Of a stretch of DNA of 15,842 nucleotides, positions 7,368-14,414 are shown piece by piece. The DNA lies in contig JBBQEB010000086.1 in assembly GCA_038320275.1 (NCBI GenBank), forward strand, positions 1-15,842, given 5' to 3'. The position numbers and the translations under genes are program-made. The notes below the pieces were generated by a model. It was given only the letters and a program-made list of their open reading frames with translations, searched no databases and was not told the DNA's origin. Origin of the DNA: Myxococcales bacterium (GTDB lineage: Bacteria; Myxococcota; Myxococcia; Myxococcales; Anaeromyxobacteraceae). Each line of letters begins with the position of its first letter. Positions within the stretch are counted from its first letter, which is position 1.

Positions 7368-9026
7368 TCAGGACGGGCGGCGCCCGCGCAGCGCGAGGAG
7401 CAGCGCGGCCACTCCGTACAGGCTCGCGGCGTAGGCGAAGAGGTCGCCGACTGTAGTGTACAGGGTGCGGCCGTGCAAGCGCGGGAGCTCGCCGACCAGG
7501 AGCCGCGGACCCTCCTCCGGATCGGGCGCGAGGTCGGGGTCCACCGGCCCGAGCGGCAGCGCTCCGGGCTGCACCTCGCCGGTGGGCTCCACGAGCGCGG
7601 TCACCCCCGCGTACGCCGGCCGCGCCAGCCCACGACCCGCCTCGACCGCGCGCATCCGGACCATGGCGAGGAACTGGTACGGCCCGGAGGAGTACCCGTA
7701 CCAGGCGTCGTTGGTGGGATTGAGGAGGATCTCCGGCTCGAGCTCCGCGAAGGCGACGTTCACCTCCGGGAAGATGGCGTCGAAGCAGATCATCGTGGCG
7801 AGGCGGGCGTGCCCTCCTCCCGGGAGCGGGAGGTCCAGCGGGACGAGCTCGCTTCCCGGAGCTTGCTGCACCATGAGCGGCACCACGGAGCGCAGCACCT
7901 TGCCGAGCAGCGCCTGCAGAGGGACGTACTCGCCGAACGGGACCAGGTGGTGCTTCACGTACCGCCCCAGCACGCGGCCACCTGGCGCCAGCAAAAAGGC
8001 GCTGTTCGAACCGGTGCGCTCCACCCCGCCACCGGGCAGGCGGCGCTCGGCGTAGGTGAGGGCGCCGAGGAGGAGGTGCGCGCGCGCGAGCGGCGGAAGT
8101 CCGGCGCGCGGCCCTGCGAAGCTCGCGAGGTCGGGCCGCACCATGTACGGATAGGTCGCCTCGGGCCATGCGACGAGGACCGCGCCCTGGCGCTCCGCCG
8201 CGAGCGAGAGCGGCCCGTAGCGCTCGAGCACGTACTCCGCCGTATCTGCATGCCTGCGGGCCTCGTTCTTCACGTCCTGGCTCACGTTCCCCTGCACCAG
8301 CCCGATGCGGAGCCGAGGCGCCACCGAGGCTCGGGCCCGCACCGAGGCGAGGTGCGCCGCTCCGAAGGCGAGGACCGCGACGAGAGCGCCCGCTGCGGCG
8401 CCGAGCGGCTTCAAGGGAATGGGGCCGCGGTCGAGGAGCGCCCGCGCCAGCGCGTACAGGGCGCAGTTCACGAGGACCACCAGCGCCGCGATGCCATACA
8501 CGCCGGTGACGGACGCGAGCTGGGCGATGGCGGTGTGGCGCGCCTGCGTGTAGCCGAGATTTCCCCAGGGGAAGCCGGTGAGGAGGTAGTTCCGCAGCAG
8601 CTCGAAGGCGGTCCACACCGCGGGGAGGTGCGTCCAGAGGGGCCAGCCGGTCCGTCGGCGAATGGCGAAGGACGCGGTCAGCGCCGCCGCCCAGTGGAGC
8701 GCCATGAAGAGGACGAGCAGCGAGAGGCCCGCCAGCGCGATGGGGAGCGGCACGCCGCCGAAGGCGGTCATGGCGTGGTTCACCCACCAGATCGCGCCGT
8801 AGAAGTACGCGAGGCCCGCGAGGAGCCCCAGGGCCATCGCGCCCAGGCGCCTCGTCGCGCCGTCGAGCGCGAGGAGCACCGGCACCAGCGCCACCCACGC
8901 GAGGAGCTCCAGGTGCCCGGCCGGATCGATCTCGCGCAGGGAAATGAGCGGGAAGCATTGCGGGAGCGAGAGGGCCATGAGAAGCCCGCCCGAGATCGCG
9001 AGGAAGGCGGAGCGGAGGCGGTTCAC
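7368..9026 (-). CDS. lnt: Apolipoprotein N-acyltransferase
   Basis: N-terminal TM helices, GFPWGNLGYTQ, TGVYG, VQGN, catalytic triad contexts WPE, YVKHHLVPFGEYVP and ICFD, then TNDAWYG, RAVE, TLYTTVGD. GTG start at 9026 (VNRLRSAF) overlaps the ybeY stop; 552 aa. Confidence 0.95.
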   Translation of the reverse strand: MNRLRSAFLAISGGLLMALSLPQCFPLISLREIDPAGHLELLAWVALVPVLLALDGATRRLGAMALGLLAGLAYFYGAIWWVNHAMTAFGGVPLPIALAGLSLLVLFMALHWAAALTASFAIRRRTGWPLWTHLPAVWTAFELLRNYLLTGFPWGNLGYTQARHTAIAQLASVTGVYGIAALVVLVNCALYALARALLDRGPIPLKPLGAAAGALVAVLAFGAAHLASVRARASVAPRLRIGLVQGNVSQDVKNEARRHADTAEYVLERYGPLSLAAERQGAVLVAWPEATYPYMVRPDLASFAGPRAGLPPLARAHLLLGALTYAERRLPGGGVERTGSNSAFLLAPGGRVLGRYVKHHLVPFGEYVPLQALLGKVLRSVVPLMVQQAPGSELVPLDLPLPGGGHARLATMICFDAIFPEVNVAFAELEPEILLNPTNDAWYGYSSGPYQFLAMVRMRAVEAGRGLARPAYAGVTALVEPTGEVQPGALPLGPVDPDLAPDPEEGPRLLVGELPRLHGRTLYTTVGDLFAYAASLYGVAALLLALRGRRPS

Positions 9027-9595
9027 CGAGGGCGCGACCTCGACCCCGACCTCGACCCCGAGCGCGACCTCGACCTCGACCGCGACCTCGAGCGCGACCT
9101 CGACCCCGACCTCGACCTCGACCCCGACCGCGACCGCGAGCGCGACCTCGACCCCGACCCGGCCGCCCGCACCATCCCCTCCCCCACCAGCGCGTCCTCC
9201 GCCTCCGCCATCCTCCTCGCGTCCCGCGCCCGCTCGTGGTCGTGCCCCAGCAGGTGAAGGAGCCCGTGCGCGAGGTACCGATCGAGCAGCTCGGAGAGCT
9301 CCAGGTGCTCCTCGGCCGCGACGCGCTCCGCCGTGTCGAGCGAGACCACCACGTCCCCCAGCAGCTCTCCCGGGCCAGCGTGCGGGAACGAGAGCACGTC
9401 GGTCGCGGCGTCCTTCGACCGCCACGCGCGGTTGAGCTCCCGGATGCCCTCGTCGCCGGTGACGAGGATCGACAGCCCCCACTCCGCTCGGTCCAGCGCG
9501 GCCAGAAAGCGCCGCGCGCTCGAGCGGAGGCTGCGGGCCACGGCCGCGCCCCGCGGGTGCTCGCGGCGCACCTCCACCCGGGCGACGGCCTTCAC
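9023..9595 (-). CDS. ybeY: rRNA maturation endoribonuclease YbeY with a C-terminal Arg/Ser-repeat extension
   Basis: IRELNRAWRSKDAATDVLSF, LGDVVVS, and zinc motif HGLLHLLGHDH (H-x3-H-x5-H). GTG start at 9595 overlaps the upstream TGA (GTGA). It is the last 190 aa of the 1017-aa ORF-track frame. Confidence 0.93.
   Translation of the reverse strand: MKAVARVEVRREHPRGAAVARSLRSSARRFLAALDRAEWGLSILVTGDEGIRELNRAWRSKDAATDVLSFPHAGPGELLGDVVVSLDTAERVAAEEHLELSELLDRYLAHGLLHLLGHDHERARDARRMAEAEDALVGEGMVRAAGSGSRSRSRSRSGSRSRSGSRSRSRSRSRSRSRSGSRSGSRSRPR
9035..9160. repeat. Degenerate hexanucleotide tandem repeat, 21 units of CGA(C/G)C(T/C/G)
   Basis: Counted directly: 9 CGACCT, 6 CGACCC, 3 CGACCG and 3 CGAGCG, uninterrupted over 126 nt. 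On the minus strand it encodes 15 RS and 6 GS dipeptides in the ybeY frame. Confidence 0.97.
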
Positions 9596-12027
9596 GGCCG
9601 CACGCTGCCGGCCGGCGGACCGCGGACCGCGAGCTGGAGCGCGGGCGAGGCCTCCCCACCCGGCGGCCCGGACGCAGCGTGCGAGCCCGGTCCCTTCGGA
9701 TGGACCGGGCGGGCGTGATAGATACCCTCCAGCGCGCGCACGATGGCCGCCGCGATCCCGTTCAGATCGCGCAGCGTGAGGTCGCACTCGTCGAGCTGGC
9801 CCTCGCTGAAGATCTCGTTGATGCGCTTCCCCACCAGCGACCGCAGCGCTTCGCCGGTGGGCTGGGGCAGGGTCCGCGCCGAGGCCTCGCAGGCGTCGGC
9901 GATCATGACCAGGGCGGTCTCGCGCGACTGCGGCTTCGGGCCGGGGTACCTGAACGTCGATTCGTGCAGTGAGGCGGCGTCGGCGCCCGCCCGCTGCTGG
10001 GCGCGCGCCCAGAAGGCCCCGACCAGCCGGGTGCCGTGGTGCTCGGGGATCACGGCCGCCACCGCCGCGGGCAGCCTCCACGCCCGAGCGAGCTCGATGC
10101 CATCGGTGACGTGGCGCTTCACGATGAGCGCGCTCATGGCGGGCGCGAGCTCCTCGTGCGGATTGCTCCCGCGGCCGTTCTCCCCAAAGAAGCCTGGGTT
10201 CCGCGTCTTTCCGATGTCGTGGTAGTAGGCGCACACCCGCGCCAGAAGCGCGTTGGCCCCGATCTTCTGGGCCGCTGCCTCTACCAGGGAGCCCATGATC
10301 ACGGCGTGGTGGTAGGTGCCGGGCGCGCTCACCACCAGCTCGCGCAGGGCGGGATGATTGAGGTTGGCGAGCTCGAGCAGCTTCGCCTCGGTGAGGTAGG
10401 CGAAGAGCCACTCCACGAGCGGCAAGCTCCCGCTGGTGGTCACCGGGAGGAGCACGCAGCCCCCCAACAGCGCCGCAAGCGCGGGGGCGAGGAGGTCCGA
10501 GGGGCTGCGGCCCGCGAAGAGACCCAGCGCGGTCACGCAGAGCGCTCCCAGCGCCCCCACCGCCGCGCCGACGCGCAGGAGCCCCGCCCGGTCGCGCGCG
10601 CGCGGGACGAGGATGGCCGCGAGCAGCGAGGTCGCAGTGACCTGGAGCCCGACCGCGAGGGAGCTCCCGGCCACGAGTCCCGCAACCCCTCCCGCGCCGA
10701 CGGAGAAGAGCAGCGCCAGGGAGGCGGGCAGCACCGTCCGCACCACCATCGCCCCCGCCGCAAAGGGCAGGAGCTGGAAGAGCGTCTCCGGCCCGAAGCG
10801 CGGGAAGCGGTCGTGGACCGCCTCCCCCACCGCCAGTCCTCCCGCCGCCAGTGCCGCGGTCGCGAGGAGGGCGCCGGCGAGGAGGAGCGCGTCCTTCCGC
10901 GCGGGCCGGAAGGACGGGGCAGCGCGGCGGGCGCCCGTCCACAGGAGGAGCACCAGCGCGCCGACGAGCAGCGCCGCGCCCAGCCGGATGAGCGGCAGGT
11001 CGGCCCGGCGGTCGCGGGCGCGGATGGCCCGGAAGATGGCGAGGTGCCTCGCCTCGATCACCTCGCCGTCCCCCACGATCTTCTCGCCCCGGCGGATGTG
11101 CAGGACGACCGGTGCGACCTCCTCCGCGGCGCGCCGCTGACGAAGGGTGGTCTCCGCCGCCGCGGGGGCGAGCGTGGGGCGCGCCAGGCCGCGGGCGACC
11201 GCGCCGAGCGCCGCCGCCAGGGCAGGCGCGACCGGCAGCGCGGCCGCCGCGCGCTGCACGTCGGCTCGCGCCTCGTCCAGCTCGCTCACCAGCCGCAGGT
11301 CGGCGAGGACGTACTCCCGGCGGGCCGCGCTCCCCCGCGCGGCGCGCACCACCACGCCGCGCTCGCGCGCCTCGTCGAGGCGCCGTCGGTCGTCGACCAC
11401 CCTGCCCCCGAGCGCGCGGCTGGCGAGGCCCACCAGCAGTCCCTCCACCGGCTCGGAGAACCTCGTGGCCGCCAGCGCCTCGAAGGAGCGCTCGTCCACC
11501 TCGACGCCCAGACGCGAGCCGAAGAGCGCGCGCCGCGAGAGCGGCGCTTCGTGGGGCGCGGACCGCTCCTCTCGCCGTCGCGCCGCTCGGCGGGCCGCGG
11601 AGCCCTCCCCCCCGTCGCGCAGGACTTCGAACGCAGCGTGCACGCGCGCCGCCGCGTCCTCTGCGGCGGTCTCGTCCAGATCGTAGACCGGGCGCTCGGC
11701 CGCGGCCGCGGCGGCGCGCAGTTCCTCGGTCGCCTCCTCGTCCACGACGTCGTAGGCATGGGTGGCCTTGAAGGTACCGGTGGCGGGCGTCCCCAGCGCG
11801 TCGTCCCCGGGGACGCGCTGGGCGAAGCCACCCGGCGCGGCCAGCCACGCGCAGCACAGGGCCACCGCCAGCACCAGGGCCGCCGAGAGCGCCGTGCCCA
11901 ACACGCCGCGGCGGGTGGGCGGCTGGACGCGGCGCGCGAGCGGCTGGAGCAGGCGCGCCCAGGGCCTGGGCCTCCCCGAGGGAGGTGGAGGTGGCTCGGA
12001 CGGCGTCACGGCGCGGGAGGGTGGCAC
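9592..12027 (-). CDS. 7TM receptor with intracellular HD phosphohydrolase domain (PgpH/YqfF-like cyclic dinucleotide phosphodiesterase)
   Basis: N-terminal TM, large extracellular region (IRRGEKIVGDGEVI), about 7 hydrophobic helices, then LLELANLNHPALREL, APGTYHH, YYHDIGK, NPHEEL, EHHGT, FRYPGPKPQSRE and MIADACEA. Position between phoH and ybeY is the usual one. Exact start uncertain (GTG 12027 or GTG 12009). Confidence 0.9.
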   Translation of the reverse strand: MPPSRAVTPSEPPPPPSGRPRPWARLLQPLARRVQPPTRRGVLGTALSAALVLAVALCCAWLAAPGGFAQRVPGDDALGTPATGTFKATHAYDVVDEEATEELRAAAAAAERPVYDLDETAAEDAAARVHAAFEVLRDGGEGSAARRAARRREERSAPHEAPLSRRALFGSRLGVEVDERSFEALAATRFSEPVEGLLVGLASRALGGRVVDDRRRLDEARERGVVVRAARGSAARREYVLADLRLVSELDEARADVQRAAAALPVAPALAAALGAVARGLARPTLAPAAAETTLRQRRAAEEVAPVVLHIRRGEKIVGDGEVIEARHLAIFRAIRARDRRADLPLIRLGAALLVGALVLLLWTGARRAAPSFRPARKDALLLAGALLATAALAAGGLAVGEAVHDRFPRFGPETLFQLLPFAAGAMVVRTVLPASLALLFSVGAGGVAGLVAGSSLAVGLQVTATSLLAAILVPRARDRAGLLRVGAAVGALGALCVTALGLFAGRSPSDLLAPALAALLGGCVLLPVTTSGSLPLVEWLFAYLTEAKLLELANLNHPALRELVVSAPGTYHHAVIMGSLVEAAAQKIGANALLARVCAYYHDIGKTRNPGFFGENGRGSNPHEELAPAMSALIVKRHVTDGIELARAWRLPAAVAAVIPEHHGTRLVGAFWARAQQRAGADAASLHESTFRYPGPKPQSRETALVMIADACEASARTLPQPTGEALRSLVGKRINEIFSEGQLDECDLTLRDLNGIAAAIVRALEGIYHARPVHPKGPGSHAASGPPGGEASPALQLAVRGPPAGSVRP

Positions 12028-12072
12028 CAGCGCGGCGGAAAGACAACGGCCGGGCGGCCCCTCCTGGGAGGT

Positions 12073-13113
12073 TCACCCACCGTCACCACCATCGGGCGGG
12101 CGGGGCGCGGTGCGCGCGGCGCGCTCGTCAGCCGCCCGGGCCTTGCGCTCGGCGTCGAAGACATCGTAGGCCCGGACCACCTCCTGGACGAGCGGGTGGC
12201 GCACCACGTCCACCTCCGAGAAGGCGCGAAAAGCGATGCCCTCGATCCCGCGCAGCACGTTCCGCACCTCGAGGAGCCCGCTGGCGCGTCCGGTGGGGAG
12301 GTCGACCTGCGTGACGTCCCCGGTGATGACGGCCTTCGAGCCGTACCCGAGCCGCGTGAGGAACATCTTCATCTGCTCGGAGGTGGTGTTCTGGGCCTCG
12401 TCCAGGATGACGAAGGCATCGTTCAGGGTCCGCCCACGCATGAAGGCGAGCGGCGCCACCTCGACGGTGCCCCGCTCGATGAAGGCCGAAGCCTTCTCGT
12501 CATCCACCATGTCGAACAGCGCGTCGTGGAGCGGCCGCAGGTAGGGGCTCACCTTCTCGGCGATGTCGCCCGGCAGGAAGCCCAGCTTCTCGCCGGCCTC
12601 CACCGCCGGCCGGCAGAGCACGATGCGCTTCACCTTGCGCTCGACGAGGAAGGAGACCGCCATCGCCATGGCCAGGTAGGTCTTGCCGGTGCCGGCGGGC
12701 CCGATGCCGAAGACGATGTCGTTGTCGCGGATGGCCTGGATGTACGCCTTCTGGGCCAGCCCCTTGGGCGTGATGACGCGGTGGCGGGCCGACACGTACA
12801 CGGTGTCCCCGAAGATCTCCTTCAGCGGCACCCCCTGACCGGCGAGCTTCGTCGCCTGATCGACATCCTCGGGGCACAGCGGGTAGCCTTCCGCGATGAG
12901 GTCGTACAGCTCGCGGATCAGCCGCTCGCCCGTGGCGACCCGTCCCGCGTCGGCACCCGAGATCACGAACTGGCCCCCGCGCGAGCCGACCTGCACGCCG
13001 AGCCGCCGCTCGATGAGCTTCAGGTGCTCGTTGTGCGCCCCGCAGAGCGCCCGCACGCGATCGTTGTCCGGGAGCTCGACGCGTGCGACGTGGGCGGGCG
13101 GTGCGACGGGCAA
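12073..13113 (-). CDS. phoH: PhoH-like ATPase (YbeZ type) with N-terminal KH-like domain
   Basis: Walker [38 protein letters not shown], Walker [24 protein letters not shown]. The TTG start at 13113 is supported by AGGAGG 5 nt upstream. Confidence 0.95.
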   Translation of the reverse strand: MPVAPPAHVARVELPDNDRVRALCGAHNEHLKLIERRLGVQVGSRGGQFVISGADAGRVATGERLIRELYDLIAEGYPLCPEDVDQATKLAGQGVPLKEIFGDTVYVSARHRVITPKGLAQKAYIQAIRDNDIVFGIGPAGTGKTYLAMAMAVSFLVERKVKRIVLCRPAVEAGEKLGFLPGDIAEKVSPYLRPLHDALFDMVDDEKASAFIERGTVEVAPLAFMRGRTLNDAFVILDEAQNTTSEQMKMFLTRLGYGSKAVITGDVTQVDLPTGRASGLLEVRNVLRGIEGIAFRAFSEVDVVRHPLVQEVVRAYDVFDAERKARAADERAARTAPRPPDGGDGG

Positions 13114-13118
13114 TGAGA

Positions 13119-13124
13119 CCTCCT
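13119..13124 (-). promoter_or_regulatory. Shine-Dalgarno AGGAGG for phoH
   Basis: Minus strand reads cccAGGAGGtctcaTTG. Confidence 0.8.
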
Positions 13125-13197
13125 GGGAAGCGGGCTCGGGGCATAACCCGCTCGCTGCCCGGCGCCAACCTCCGGCGCCAGGCCCCCCCCCAGCCCG

Positions 13198-14304
13198 CTA
13201 CGGAAGCGGCGGGAGCAGCACGTATCCGCCACTCGCCTCGCGGCGATACCACCAGGGTTCCGCGAAGGGCGCGCTCAGGTCGGCCGGCGAGGCGAGGCCG
13301 GCCTCCACCAGCGACGCCAGGGCCACGGGATACTCCCCTCGCTCCGCCACGAACACCGCCAGGGCGCTCTCGAGCCTCACCCGCTGGGCGCGCGACGCGA
13401 AGCGCCGGGCGGCGGGCTCCACCCTCCCGCGCGCGCCGTCGAGCTCCGCCGCGCGCGCCCGCTCCGCTGCGAGAGACCCGAGGCCCGCGAGCACGGCCGC
13501 GAGCGCGGCGGTGGCGACGAGCTGGACGCCGGCCCGCCAGCCGCGGCGAGCCCAGGTCCGGGCGCGAACGCGCAGCCCAGCGGCTCTGCCGAGGGGAGAC
13601 GGCGGGATCGCTTCCAGGCTCCCCGCATCGACCAGCGCGAGGAGCGCCTTGCTGGTCTCGAATCGGCCCAAGCAGGAGCGATCGACGAGCGCCTCGACGG
13701 TGCGCCCCGGCTCGATCAGCGCCAGCACCGCGAGCTCGCGCGGGCCCAGCCTGACGGCTCCAGGCGGCGGATCGCGCCGCTCGAAGGTCATCTGCGGCGA
13801 GGTGATCCTGCGGCGCACGATGGGCCATTCGTCGATCTGACGGAAGCCCTCCATCAGCACCGCCTCCGCGCGGATGGGCGTCATCGTGGCCCGGTCCCAT
13901 TCCACGGGCCCGGGCTCGAACGCGTACTTGCCCCGCTTCCAGCCGAACAGCCTGAAGAGCGTCTCGCTCGTCTGCAGCGCCGCCATCGTCTTCAGGACTC
14001 CGGGCGTCACGAGGCGCAGTTCCACCAGTACGTCGCCCAGGCGGCGGAGCGTTCGCCGCTGCACCTGGAGCGCCGTGTCGAGGTCGGCCCGGGCCAGCAG
14101 CCCCGCCCGCACCAGGCGCTCGCCCAGCCGGTCCGGCCGCGCCCGCCCCGCCTTCTCGGCCGACACCACGTTGCCATCCGACATCAGGACGTGGACCCTC
14201 TCGCCCCGGTTCTCCACCAGCAGCTCGCCGGTCTTCCCCTGCTGACCGATGAGCTGGAGGATCTCAGCGATCCCGAAGTCCTCGAGGGTGCCGATGAGAG
14301 CCAT
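13198..14304 (-). CDS. DUF4388 (PatA-N-like) protein with an inserted MshEN c-di-GMP-binding motif pair, a wHTH-like segment, one TM helix and a C-terminal GspG/pseudopilin-like domain
   Basis: N-terminus MALIGTLEDFGIAEILQLIGQQGKTGEL and LFGWKRGKYAF...LMEGFRQIDEW are typical of DUF4388. Residues 59-111 contain two RLG...Q repeats; hydrophobic span at about 259-279; C-terminus LESALAVFVAERGEYPVALASLVEAG...PFAEPWWY resembles the pseudopilin globular domain. GAGG precedes the ATG. Confidence 0.8.
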   Translation of the reverse strand: MALIGTLEDFGIAEILQLIGQQGKTGELLVENRGERVHVLMSDGNVVSAEKAGRARPDRLGERLVRAGLLARADLDTALQVQRRTLRRLGDVLVELRLVTPGVLKTMAALQTSETLFRLFGWKRGKYAFEPGPVEWDRATMTPIRAEAVLMEGFRQIDEWPIVRRRITSPQMTFERRDPPPGAVRLGPRELAVLALIEPGRTVEALVDRSCLGRFETSKALLALVDAGSLEAIPPSPLGRAAGLRVRARTWARRGWRAGVQLVATAALAAVLAGLGSLAAERARAAELDGARGRVEPAARRFASRAQRVRLESALAVFVAERGEYPVALASLVEAGLASPADLSAPFAEPWWYRREASGGYVLLPPLP

Positions 14305-14414
14305 GCCTCAGTGCCTCACTCCGCACTGCAACCTGTGCAGGCTGACCCGGCGGTGGGGTGAAAGCACGCCCCGCGAGCGCCGCGCGCTGCAGCGTGCCGG
14401 ACCGAGACGCGACA

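Noticed and set aside
6229..8958. 909-aa ORF suggesting a giant RF2 fusion
   Set aside because: The upstream part is an off-frame reading of lnt. The real N-terminus comes from ATG 7348 through the frameshift.
9035..9160. CRISPR array or mobile-element end
   Set aside because: Contiguous 6-nt units with no spacers, and no cas or transposase genes in the window.
12028..12075. phoH and the HD gene share a frame and are separated by a single TGA (possible readthrough or selenocysteine fusion)
   Set aside because: This has a one-in-three chance of occurring anyway, the stop lies in a low-complexity tail, and I see no convincing SECIS or readthrough context.
9023..12076. 1017-aa ORF, and the 763-aa N-terminally extended Lnt
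   Set aside because: These are off-frame Arg/Pro/Ala-rich readings of the HD gene and of ybeY. GTGA stop/start overlaps define the true starts at 9595 and 9026.
14305..14414. Sigma54 promoter upstream of the DUF4388 gene (CGGCACG...GC on the minus strand)
   Set aside because: The GG-to-GC spacing is 9 nt rather than the required 10, and there is no TTGC at the -12 position.
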